Shown here: positions 55,990 through 62,997 of the stretch, piece after piece
Position numbering within the stretch: the stretch's first letter is position 1
How the letters are laid out: each line of letters begins with the position of its first letter
IMG/VR virus record: IMGVR_UViG_3300042402_002564
Span: 66,145 to 130,144 of that record
DNA: 64,000 nt
Origin: a virus
Direction: 5' to 3' (one strand)
Made by a program: the position numbers and the translations under genes
Notes under the pieces: model-generated
Seen by the model: the letters and a program-made list of their open reading frames with translations, nothing else
What the model was told of the DNA's origin: nothing
Databases searched by the model: none

Positions 55990-56202
55990 ATGGCACTCTC
56001 AAATCAATCCATGAATAAAATTGCAAGTGCAATGGTTCAAGAGGTTGTTGAGGAACTTTATGAGTCCGATGAATGGATGGATTTCCTCTATACTAACATC
56101 GGTGGTATCATTGTTGGCAAACTTGGTCAAATTGATGATACTGTCCTGGCAGAATTGATTATGGGTGTTGCAGACCGTATTAGTCTCAAAGCACACACAT
56201 AA
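55990..56202 (+). CDS. hypothetical small protein
   Basis: ORF; GAACTGGCACA box upstream at 55918. Confidence 0.4.
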   Translation: MALSNQSMNKIASAMVQEVVEELYESDEWMDFLYTNIGGIIVGKLGQIDDTVLAELIMGVADRISLKAHT

Positions 56203-56280
56203 TCTCGACTAGATGCGTGTCACGTATCAAATCAATCTCGACGAGATACGTGACACATCATTTGACATCATCTCGATTAT
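56203..56280 (+). repeat. palindrome cluster (TCTCGACTAGA, TCTCGACGAGA, partial TCTCGATTA) flanked by the 12-bp inverted repeat GTGTCACGTATC/GATACGTGACAC
   Basis: copies at 56203 and 56236; inverted-repeat arms at 56215-56226 and 56244-56255. Confidence 0.6.
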
Positions 56281-56304
56281 ATGTTATCATATAATCAACC
56301 ACAT

Positions 56305-56388
56305 GGGGATGTGGTGGAATCGGTAGACACAACAGACTTAAAATCTGTCGGAGGCAACTCTGTGGGGGTTCAAGTCCCCCCGTCCCTA
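56305..56388 (+). tRNA. tRNA-Leu (TAA), type II
   Basis: acceptor GGGGATG/CGTCCCT (2 G-U pairs); anticodon arm ACAGA-CTTAAAA-TCTGT; long variable arm; T-arm GGGGG-TTCAAGT-CCCCC. Confidence 0.8.
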
Positions 56389-56448
56389 TTACCACTCTCA
56401 AGGTATATTATACCTGAGGTGGTCCAAACTCTTCTCCTAGAGGCACTC

Positions 56449-56589
56449 ATGCACGAATCCACGCTTGATTTGTTTTGCTCTCATGATAATGATAATTTGG
56501 ATATTGATGATGCTTTCATGTGTGCATTTGAGGAAGAAGCGTCTAAACTGGAAATCACAGTAGATTATTATATCGCAGAGTTCCTATAA
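56449..56589 (+). CDS. hypothetical small protein (46 aa)
   Basis: in-frame ATG after the tRNA; the upstream part of the track ORF is the tRNA read as protein. Confidence 0.25.
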   Translation: MHESTLDLFCSHDNDNLDIDDAFMCAFEEEASKLEITVDYYIAEFL

Positions 56590-56669
56590 TATAATGGGGA
56601 AGGTGTTTGCCCTAAAAGTTACACTGTTAGATATTAATATTCTATAAAACTAGTGGGTGGATATTATAC

Positions 56670-56699
56670 AGACCTGGGGTGGTGCCCAGGTCTTTTTTT
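56670..56699 (+). terminator. rho-independent terminator
   Basis: AGACCTGGG-GTGGTG-CCCAGGTCT then T7. Confidence 0.7.
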
Positions 56700-56716
56700 A
56701 TGTTTTGTAACAGACC

Positions 56717-56744
56717 TCGACAGGGGGTGCTGGTGTGGTATGAT
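56717..56744 (+). promoter_or_regulatory. promoter (TCGACA ... extended -10 TGGTATGAT), copy 1 of a duplicated promoter/leader
   Basis: GTGGTATGATTTGA and leader AGTCAACACGGGA recur at 56887-56900 and 61725-61737. Confidence 0.45.
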
Positions 56745-56769
56745 TTGAGAGTCAACACGGGAACCTCCC

Positions 56770-56901
56770 ATGTCTCTGGTTTGTGCCTCTGACCTTGCCA
56801 CCCGCCGCCTGGTGTGGGTGAAGAACAACACCGCCACTGGTGTGCCAGCTGCCGCACCGTCCGTCGTCTGGGCAGAGTTCGGTCGCCGTGGTATGATTTG
56901 A
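56770..56901 (+). CDS. hypothetical small protein (43 aa)
   Basis: ATG follows the conserved leader GAACCTCCC; its 3' end carries the next TGGTATGAT -10. Confidence 0.3.
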   Translation: MSLVCASDLATRRLVWVKNNTATGVPAAAPSVVWAEFGRRGMI

Positions 56902-56920
56902 TAGTTCGCAACCGAACCTC

Positions 56921-57112
56921 ATGACCGTCCGCACCAACGTCCTTCCCCTGGATCTCTGCACTGTCACCCTCACCGAGGCACAGTGGAGCACGATCCGAAC
57001 TGCTGTGCTCTGCCTCGCTTGTGATTGCCGCATCGCTGGCAAGACCACTGACGCAGACTACTATCTGAACGCCTACAACAACCTGAAGGCAGCGATGGGG
57101 ATGGACGCCTGA
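56921..57112 (+). CDS. hypothetical small Cys-containing protein
   Basis: ATG follows the second copy of the GAACCTC leader. Confidence 0.35.
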   Translation: MTVRTNVLPLDLCTVTLTEAQWSTIRTAVLCLACDCRIAGKTTDADYYLNAYNNLKAAMGMDA

Positions 57113-57116
57113 CCTA

Positions 57117-57160
57117 GTGGCACAGGGGGACTTGCAAAGGTCCCCCACACCCCCTACACT
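57117..57160 (+). promoter_or_regulatory. GTGGCACA box + hairpin-embedded -35 promoter
   Basis: GGGGGAC-TTGCAAAG-GTCCCCC hairpin; 17-nt spacer to TACACT at 57155-57160. Confidence 0.45.
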
Positions 57161-57184
57161 ACATTTGTTCATTCAAAAACACCA

Positions 57185-57649
57185 ATGCCAATCAATCTCA
57201 CCAAAGAAGACCTCAACTTCTACGAAGAAAACTATTCTAATGTCATGCAACTTGGCATGATTAACACCTTCGATGAGCGGAGTGATCGGATTCGCTTCCG
57301 TTCGATTGCAAAGGCAATTCAGGAGCAAATTGATTCTCTGCAAGTTGAGGATCAAAAGCGTGTTCCTTTTACAAAGGATGAGATTGTACCTGTTTTTGAA
57401 GAGTATCTGTGTTCTTATACTCTCAACGGTCAAGTGAAAGTTTTTGACCGCAAACTTGCTGCTTCTGGTATTCAATCGTTCCGAAAGAATCCTGTTGCTT
57501 CGGTGATGGGTATTCATGGTCAGATTGCATACTACGATCAATACAACGATGTTATCACCAAATCGTTTGATCGTGCTGGTAACACTCTGAAGGAGATGCT
57601 CCGCCAGTATAATGAAATGATGGGTGTTGAGCGGTTCGCCCTGGACTGA
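57185..57649 (+). CDS. hypothetical protein (154 aa)
   Basis: ORF downstream of the promoter. Confidence 0.45.
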   Translation: MPINLTKEDLNFYEENYSNVMQLGMINTFDERSDRIRFRSIAKAIQEQIDSLQVEDQKRVPFTKDEIVPVFEEYLCSYTLNGQVKVFDRKLAASGIQSFRKNPVASVMGIHGQIAYYDQYNDVITKSFDRAGNTLKEMLRQYNEMMGVERFALD

Positions 57650-57727
57650 TTAACAACCCTTATGGGTCAGGGGGTTGACTCCTGACCCATTCCATCCCAT
57701 ACTGTCTTTGTTCACCACTTGAACCTC

Positions 57728-57868
57728 ATGCCCGAAATCACCTGGATTAACGACATTCCGATGCCCACAATGTGGGAAGAAGATTATCAAGAAACAGAGT
57801 ATAAAGATTACGAGGAATCTGATTGGTATAATGACCCTAACTGTGTCATGTCCCGCCATCATTATTGA
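57728..57868 (+). CDS. hypothetical small protein (46 aa)
   Basis: read from the sequence; follows the GAACCTC leader; promoter TTGACT-N17-CATACT at 57679-57707 lies in a GGGTCAGG/CCTGACCC hairpin. Confidence 0.3.
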   Translation: MPEITWINDIPMPTMWEEDYQETEYKDYEESDWYNDPNCVMSRHHY

Positions 57869-57871
57869 ACA

Positions 57872-58006
57872 ATGATTGAAGTTCTTGCCGCTTACGTTGT
57901 CGGAATGATGCAGGTTGCACCTAATCTCATTCAGACAGATTACCTCAACGAAGACAAGCAAATCATTTCCGTCACTGAAGTAATCCAAGAGGTTCCACAA
58001 TCATGA
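57872..58006 (+). CDS. hypothetical small protein (44 aa)
   Basis: starts 3 nt after the upstream stop. Confidence 0.3.
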   Translation: MIEVLAAYVVGMMQVAPNLIQTDYLNEDKQIISVTEVIQEVPQS

Positions 58007-58149
58007 CACTCACACACCTCAACTATCAAGAGATTGATGCCCTGATGGCAATTCTTGAGAGTAGTGATTGGCATTATCTGACTGAACTTGTGGATGCAGA
58101 CATTCCGCTTCTGTATGACAAACTCACCGAAATGAGGGATGAACTGTGA
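58003..58149 (+). CDS. hypothetical small protein (48 aa)
   Basis: ATGA overlap. Confidence 0.3.
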   Translation: MTLTHLNYQEIDALMAILESSDWHYLTELVDADIPLLYDKLTEMRDEL

Positions 58150-58313
58150 CTGAAACTCTCCGACAGTATCACTTCACTGACGAACAGATTGACTTCCTGA
58201 TGCGAATTGTGCGGAACAATGCACAATTTGAAGATGGTGAAGACCGTGAGTTCATGGAAGAACTTGCCAATCAAATTGAAGATCAAATCGTCAACCATCC
58301 TGACAACGACTGA
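58146..58313 (+). CDS. hypothetical small protein (55 aa, GTG start)
   Basis: GTGACTGAA start overlapping the upstream TGA. Confidence 0.3.
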   Translation: MTETLRQYHFTDEQIDFLMRIVRNNAQFEDGEDREFMEELANQIEDQIVNHPDND

Positions 58314-58513
58314 TGACACCTAACGCACCCTACGGTTGCCAAACCTATAAAGATCTGCTGGTCATGTTACAATCTATGACAGCAGAGCAGTTGGACTGCA
58401 CTCCTACGGTGTATGATCCTGATGCGGATGAGTATTATCCTATCACCACACTTCTCACCGCATCTGACACCAACGACGTGTTAGACTCTGATCATCCCTA
58501 CCTCTCCTTCTGA
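58313..58513 (+). CDS. hypothetical small protein
   Basis: track ORF; TGATG overlap. Confidence 0.35.
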   Translation: MTPNAPYGCQTYKDLLVMLQSMTAEQLDCTPTVYDPDADEYYPITTLLTASDTNDVLDSDHPYLSF

Positions 58514-58689
58514 TGAACCGTTCTGAACTGCAAGACCAACTCATTCAGCAGATGTTGGATGACATGGATCTCAAGACAATGACCCAACTCTGTTATGATT
58601 ATCTGGATGAGGGTTATGGTAAGTATTCTGATGAGGAATTGATCACTGAATGTGAAGAATACTACCCCGATTTGCTTGAAAATCAATAA
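58513..58689 (+). CDS. hypothetical small acidic protein (58 aa)
   Basis: TGATG overlap; read from the sequence. Confidence 0.3.
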   Translation: MNRSELQDQLIQQMLDDMDLKTMTQLCYDYLDEGYGKYSDEELITECEEYYPDLLENQ

Positions 58690-58778
58690 AGTATAAATTA
58701 TTACAGGATGGGTTGGTATCCTGATTGTCACCGATACCATAAAACTCTACAGAGTCTTTCCCGTCCTACCCAATCCCT

Positions 58779-58824
58779 GAACTGGCACAGACCCCTTGAC
58801 AGGGTGCCAGGAATCGCTTAATCT
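58779..58824 (+). promoter_or_regulatory. GAACTGGCACA box + sigma70-like promoter
   Basis: GAACTGGCACA 58779-58789; TTGACA 58796-58801 flanked by ACCCC/GGGT; TAATCT at 58819-58824. Confidence 0.5.
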
Positions 58825-58894
58825 AAGAAAACAAGCGGGGGTGAAGCATCCCGCTCAAAACACTTCACTCAAACCCTTACAATGTGATTTAATT

Positions 58895-59122
58895 ATGTCT
58901 CAGTTCGCTTTTACTTCTTCCGCCATCGAAAGCATCTCTGATGTGAATGATGGTAAAGTGACTATCACCTTCAACGGTGGTCGTGAGTATACCTACGGTG
59001 TGCAAGATGTTGAGATGTTCGTGTCTCAACTGAGCACCGTGATTGCCGAACAGCAGTCCGTGGGTCGTTTTGTAAATAATGCTATCAAAACGGAACAACT
59101 GCTCGCAGTGACCGCCGCCTGA
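58895..59122 (+). CDS. hypothetical small protein
   Basis: ATG 58895 downstream of the promoter. Confidence 0.4.
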   Translation: MSQFAFTSSAIESISDVNDGKVTITFNGGREYTYGVQDVEMFVSQLSTVIAEQQSVGRFVNNAIKTEQLLAVTAA

Positions 59123-59175
59123 TAGTATAATACGGGGGGAGGCAACTCCTCCCATCACACTACTCCCAAAGAACA

Positions 59176-59340
59176 ATGACTGATTACTTCGACCCTAACG
59201 AACAGTTTTCAATCCTTGATCTTATTGATGATTCACAACCTTATGAAGATTTCTCTCCTGAGGTTAGACAAATGCTTAACGAAGTTGAGTATTACGATGA
59301 CTACTCTTATGGGGTAGAAGTCGATAATGATTACGACTAA
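59176..59340 (+). CDS. hypothetical small acidic protein (54 aa)
   Basis: ATGACTGA start context; read from the sequence. Confidence 0.35.
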   Translation: MTDYFDPNEQFSILDLIDDSQPYEDFSPEVRQMLNEVEYYDDYSYGVEVDNDYD

Positions 59341-59398
59341 TCTCGACTAGTTAATCATCATAATCTCGTCGAGATCACGTCATTAAATCTCGACGAGA
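59341..59398 (+). repeat. palindrome cluster (TCTCGACTAG, TCTCGTCGAGA, TCTCGACGAGA)
   Basis: copies at 59341, 59365, 59388, directly after the 59176 ORF stop. Confidence 0.6.
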
Positions 59399-59434
59399 TA
59401 CGCACACAAATCACTTGAAATTCTTCTCTTTAAC

Positions 59435-59569
59435 ATGGAAAATCGTTCGCTCCTGCTTTCGCTTCTTCGTAAAGGTCAAACTGGTGAAGAAATTCTCCAG
59501 ATTCTGGAAACTATCATTGGCAGCGATGATGATAGTGATGGTCCTACCCTAAACCCCATCGATTTCTGA
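59435..59569 (+). CDS. hypothetical small protein (44 aa)
   Basis: read from the sequence. Confidence 0.3.
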   Translation: MENRSLLLSLLRKGQTGEEILQILETIIGSDDDSDGPTLNPIDF

Positions 59570-59573
59570 TACA

Positions 59574-59762
59574 ATGGAAACTGCATTTGTGACACCCGTA
59601 TCTAAGAAAGCAAAAAACCGTTTTGCTAATCTTATGGGTGGACTTGATGAGTGTATTGTAGAACAACACAAAGGAGACAAAGTGTTCCTCACAAGTGCAA
59701 ACGGTAAAAACCATTTCTGGGTTAACATTAACAAAGATCCAGACTGGATTGTAGAGTTCTAA
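59574..59762 (+). CDS. small protein, paralog of 12759..12953
   Basis: shared C-terminal HFWVNINKDPDWIVE block. Confidence 0.45.
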   Translation: METAFVTPVSKKAKNRFANLMGGLDECIVEQHKGDKVFLTSANGKNHFWVNINKDPDWIVEF

Positions 59763-59773
59763 GATTATACCAT

Positions 59774-59799
59774 CCCCCGCCAAGTGCGGGGGTTTTTTT
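59774..59799 (+). terminator. rho-independent terminator
   Basis: CCCCCGC-CAAGT-GCGGGGG then T7. Confidence 0.7.
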
Positions 59800-59975
59800 A
59801 TACTTTATAGTATGCTTCCCACCCCTCCCGCCCTCTAGCGTAGGGGCGATGCCCCCCTGAAGTCAACCCCTGAGCCATAAGCATTTCTGATGCAACCCAT
59901 AAGCGAGACTGATAGGAAAACCCGTTGCAGGGTGCCGCCGATGCTGTAGGATTCTGGCAACGCCAACCCACCCCC

Positions 59976-60590
59976 ATGGCACACACCGACTCCATCATCG
60001 CCACCTATTTCCAGAGCAACACTCTGGATCGCCAGACTGGTGCCCAATGGTATAACAACGCTTATGGCGTTTGTGTTACTTTGGGTGAAAAGTATGGTGT
60101 CCATTCTGACATCGTTGCAGGTGTTATCGCTGCACTTTCTCCTAACAACAAATGGGAGAGAAATGTAGAGGATGCTGAGGCAATGATCAAAGCATGGGCA
60201 TACGAAATCTCCTATGATTCGGTTGCAGTTTGTTCCTACTCTGCCAACAAAGACAAGGCACAAACTATTCTCGATTTGCAACTTAATCGTGAGCAGATTG
60301 TTAAAGTTTTGCGTGGCAACAAAACTATTGCTTTCTTCCTTTGTATTGCTAACAATGGTGATAGCGATTCTCCCTGCATTGATGGTCACGCTTACAACAT
60401 TTGGAACGGAACTGTAACTAACCTGAAAGAGGTTCCTTCTATGTCAGACAAGACTTTCCGCATGATTCAAGATGCCTACCGTGACGCCGCTAAGTTAATC
60501 TCTGAGGTGACGGGTTTGCATTATTCAGCGGCACAAGTGCAAGCGATCACCTGGGTTACGTATCGCAGGATACACAAAAACCTAGTGTGA
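59976..60590 (+). CDS. hypothetical protein (~205 aa)
   Basis: ATG 59976 downstream of the CTGTAGGAT promoter at 59944; perfect hairpin GGGGCATCG-CTGG-CGATGCCCC at 60603-60624 follows the stop. Confidence 0.45.
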   Translation: MAHTDSIIATYFQSNTLDRQTGAQWYNNAYGVCVTLGEKYGVHSDIVAGVIAALSPNNKWERNVEDAEAMIKAWAYEISYDSVAVCSYSANKDKAQTILDLQLNREQIVKVLRGNKTIAFFLCIANNGDSDSPCIDGHAYNIWNGTVTNLKEVPSMSDKTFRMIQDAYRDAAKLISEVTGLHYSAAQVQAITWVTYRRIHKNLV

Positions 60591-60628
60591 CGGATTGTTA
60601 CAGGGGCATCGCTGGCGATGCCCCCCAT

Positions 60629-60670
60629 GCTGTAGGATACTCTCAAGCGGGGCAAACGGACCCCGCACAA
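60629..60670 (+). repeat. 42-nt promoter/leader repeat, copy 1 (CTGTAGGATACTCTCAAGCGGGGCAAACGGACCCCGCACAA)
   Basis: near-identical copy at 61358-61399; contains hairpin GCGGGG-CAAACGGA-CCCCGC. Confidence 0.55.
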
Positions 60671-60683
60671 TCGGAAACCCGAA

Positions 60684-60854
60684 ATGTTCACTTCCTGGTC
60701 TGCTGCTCCTAAAGGCACTGGCATGGATCACCTGGAATTTTTCACCAGTGAAGAACACGCCGTAGATGTTGCCTACGATTGGAGTATTGAACTCGGTGGC
60801 AAACCCATTGTAATCTACTGTAACGAACAGGAATGGATGGAAATCACCGCCTGA
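60684..60854 (+). CDS. hypothetical small protein (56 aa)
   Basis: read from the sequence; downstream of repeat copy 1; GNRA hairpin AGGGGGA-GAAA-TCCCCCT at 60867-60884 follows. Confidence 0.3.
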   Translation: MFTSWSAAPKGTGMDHLEFFTSEEHAVDVAYDWSIELGGKPIVIYCNEQEWMEITA

Positions 60855-60905
60855 TTTGAAACACTTAGGGGGAGAAATCCCCCTCCCATTCTTCACTCTG
60901 AAACA

Positions 60906-61076
60906 ATGAAATTCGGTGCAATTGGTGTAACGATTCGCTACCAAACTCCCTACAATTCTTGTGAATGGAGAGAGCAAACGTTTGCTACAATTGATGAGGC
61001 AAACCGCATGGTAGATTTCTATCGTTCCTGTGGTTCTCCCGCTGAGGTTGTTACTTTCCGTGAGGCACAAAAATGA
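60906..61076 (+). CDS. hypothetical small protein (56 aa)
   Basis: read from the sequence. Confidence 0.3.
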   Translation: MKFGAIGVTIRYQTPYNSCEWREQTFATIDEANRMVDFYRSCGSPAEVVTFREAQK

Positions 61077-61183
61077 AAACATTTGCCCTCATTTTTGCGG
61101 TTATGTTTTTAATGTCTCCAGCAGTTAGAAACACTACCGCGAACACTTTACACACCGCTGCCACCATCATTTCAGCAGAATGA
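61073..61183 (+). CDS. hypothetical very small protein with signal-peptide-like N-terminus (36 aa)
   Basis: ATGA overlap; MKTFALIFAVMFLMSPA. Confidence 0.25.
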   Translation: MKTFALIFAVMFLMSPAVRNTTANTLHTAATIISAE

Positions 61184-61347
61184 CACACTATCCCTCCCGC
61201 CTTCGTTTCAAACTACCTGCCGAAAGAATCGCTGAGCTGGTAGAAAAGAATTGCACCGTCCTAAGTGATAGTGAATGGATGCAATTTTTTGAAGAAATCA
61301 ACATTATTTCGGATTGTAACGAAACGCCCGAACTGGTCACCCCCTGA
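61180..61347 (+). CDS. hypothetical small protein (55 aa)
   Basis: ATGA overlap. Confidence 0.3.
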   Translation: MTHYPSRLRFKLPAERIAELVEKNCTVLSDSEWMQFFEEINIISDCNETPELVTP

Positions 61348-61357
61348 CCCCCCTGAC

Positions 61358-61399
61358 CCTGTAGGATACTCTCAAGCGAGGCAAACGGACCTCGCCCAA
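61358..61399 (+). repeat. 42-nt promoter/leader repeat, copy 2
   Basis: CTGTAGGATACTCTCAAGCGAGGCAAACGGACCTCGCCCAA; preceded by tandem CCCCTGACC x2 and AACTGGTCAC. Confidence 0.55.
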
Positions 61400-61413
61400 C
61401 CCACACCAGACCG

Positions 61414-61674
61414 ATGCTCGCATCCATCATCCGCACCGCCATCCGCACCCGCCTGATCAACGATGGCCCCCAGACCTGCTCCGACCTTGTGCGGGCAATG
61501 GGTTTGGATCCTCGCCGTCACAAGGGCACCATCCACGCCCTTATGGTCGATCTGGAAAAGGCAGGCACCCTGTCCGCCACCCGTTCCGATAATGGCAAGC
61601 GGGATCTGTGGTTTGTGAACTTTGAGCAAATCCGCAAGCGGGACCGCATCATCGCCGCCCTCTCTGGAGTGTGA
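61414..61674 (+). CDS. winged-helix (wHTH) DNA-binding regulator-like protein
   Basis: 86 aa; TCSDLVRAMGLD...IHALMVDLEKAGTL recognition-helix-like pattern; GC ~60%; hairpin GGGGGCAC-GATAGG-GTGCCCCC at 61687-61708 follows. Confidence 0.45.
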   Translation: MLASIIRTAIRTRLINDGPQTCSDLVRAMGLDPRRHKGTIHALMVDLEKAGTLSATRSDNGKRDLWFVNFEQIRKRDRIIAALSGV

Positions 61675-61746
61675 ACGATTGTTAACGGGGGCACGATAGG
61701 GTGCCCCCACCCTGTAGAATTTAAAAGTCAACACGGGACACACCCC

Positions 61747-61986
61747 ATGACCGCCTACGCTTTCACCGACCGCCAGCAGATTGACGAAAATCCTAAAGTC
61801 GATTTCGTCGATACTGTTACCGTCAACCTGAAAGTTTCGCCCCGCGAACTTAAGTTAATGTGTGATGCGTTGATTGAATCTGACCGCTATATGTGTCAGG
61901 AAGGCAAACTACAATCGGCAGATCTCCGCCGATGGGATGCAATCCTCGATTATATTAAGGATCGGGCATTCAACGACGCTTACTGA
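61747..61986 (+). CDS. hypothetical small protein
   Basis: follows TAGAAT (61715-61720) and the AGTCAACACGGGA leader; GNRA hairpin GGGGGGA-GAAA-TCCCCCC at 61994-62011 follows. Confidence 0.4.
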   Translation: MTAYAFTDRQQIDENPKVDFVDTVTVNLKVSPRELKLMCDALIESDRYMCQEGKLQSADLRRWDAILDYIKDRAFNDAY

Positions 61987-62036
61987 TACAATCGGGGGGA
62001 GAAATCCCCCCTTCTCAAACCACCTCACCTAGAACC

Positions 62037-62363
62037 ATGTTCCCCACCGTTCTTCTCAACAATCCGATGATTGAAAAGTATAACGAACTGCGTCAGGAAG
62101 TTCTTTCTAACGACACTGTGCAGCAGGTTCTTTATACTCTCGCCACCGTGCTAGGTGTTATCGTTGGTGTCACCCTTTGGTGTTACAAACGCATTGCACA
62201 ATGGTATAACGAAGGTGGCAAAGATTCTTTCTACTTTGGTATCAACACCAGGGCAGGAAAGGATGATGAACAGTTCGGCATTGGTATATTCAAACTCTAC
62301 GTGGGTTTGTATAACAATGTCCTACACATTGGGTTCACAGATCACAATGGGTGCCTGCCCTAA
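62037..62363 (+). CDS. hypothetical membrane protein
   Basis: one clear TM helix (TLATVLGVIVGVTLWCY). Confidence 0.4.
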   Translation: MFPTVLLNNPMIEKYNELRQEVLSNDTVQQVLYTLATVLGVIVGVTLWCYKRIAQWYNEGGKDSFYFGINTRAGKDDEQFGIGIFKLYVGLYNNVLHIGFTDHNGCLP

Positions 62364-62597
62364 GTGACACTTATGGGGTGCTGAGTTCTTTATACTTAGC
62401 ACCCCTACATTCGTGCGTAAGTGTAAATGTGACAGTCTGTGACAGACAGTTGACGGTATAACGGTATCGTGATAACGGCGGGCCGTGCCCCCTACCCCCC
62501 CCTTAGCTAAAATTGATGACTCCCCTAACCTACAGAGGTGACAAAACGAGTGAGTGATTTCATGTTCATAAGAAAAAATTTTACAGAAAAATTTCGC

Positions 62598-62760
62598 CTC
62601 ATAAGGTCGATAAAAACCCTCACAAGGGTCTCCGAGAATCCTCACATAAGTATCCGTATGCAACTAAAGTATGTTATAATGTGTCTCCGAGAGTCTCTAT
62701 GGATTCTCATATCACACGCCCTTAAAAATTTTTCGAGGGGTCTCAAAGGGGTGATATATA
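62598..62760 (+). promoter_or_regulatory. AT-rich regulatory region with CCTCAYAAGG x3, GTCTCCGAGA x2 and a TATAAT
   Basis: repeats at 62598, 62618, 62641; GGTCTCCGAGA 62627 and GTGTCTCCGAGAG 62681; TATAAT 62675-62680. Confidence 0.4.
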
Positions 62761-62784
62761 GTGATGTAATGAGAAGGTGGTGAG

Positions 62785-62949
62785 ATGGACGACAAAATCT
62801 ATCACATTTATAACAAAGAGAATCAGTGTGTATCTCCATGTTTATCTGAGGAAGAATTCAGTGATACATGGAAAGAACTCACAGAAGATTCTTATGAATA
62901 TGAAGAACTCGAAGCTTCTTATTCAAAGCAAGAGGAAGCGTCTTATTGA
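62785..62949 (+). CDS. hypothetical small acidic protein (54 aa)
   Basis: read from the sequence. Confidence 0.3.
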   Translation: MDDKIYHIYNKENQCVSPCLSEEEFSDTWKELTEDSYEYEELEASYSKQEEASY

Positions 62950-62997
62950 CAACTTCCAAATAAAACGATAAAATTGATCTGAAGGTACTTTAAACTT

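Noticed and set aside
57117-57137. Sigma54 promoters suggested by the TGGCAC motif
   Set aside because: The GG-to-GC spacing to the downstream TTGCA/TTGACA is 13-15 rather than the required ~12, and the downstream element fits a sigma70 -35 with a proper -10 17 nt later
56642-57172. Minus-strand ORFs 56642-57172 and 56752-57048
   Set aside because: They span a plus-strand terminator, promoters and two plus-strand small genes with conserved leaders; GC-rich antisense artefacts
59835-61082. Minus-strand ORFs 59835-60389 and 60582-61082
   Set aside because: Antisense to plus-strand genes that carry promoters, leaders and hairpin terminators in the plus orientation
62322-62971. ORFs 62322-62663(-), 62538-62783(+), 62642-62839(-), 62777-62971(+) in the AT-rich gap
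   Set aside because: The region is repeat-rich regulatory DNA with a TATAAT; these ORFs overlap each other in conflicting frames. Only the 62785-62949 frame beginning after the -10 was kept
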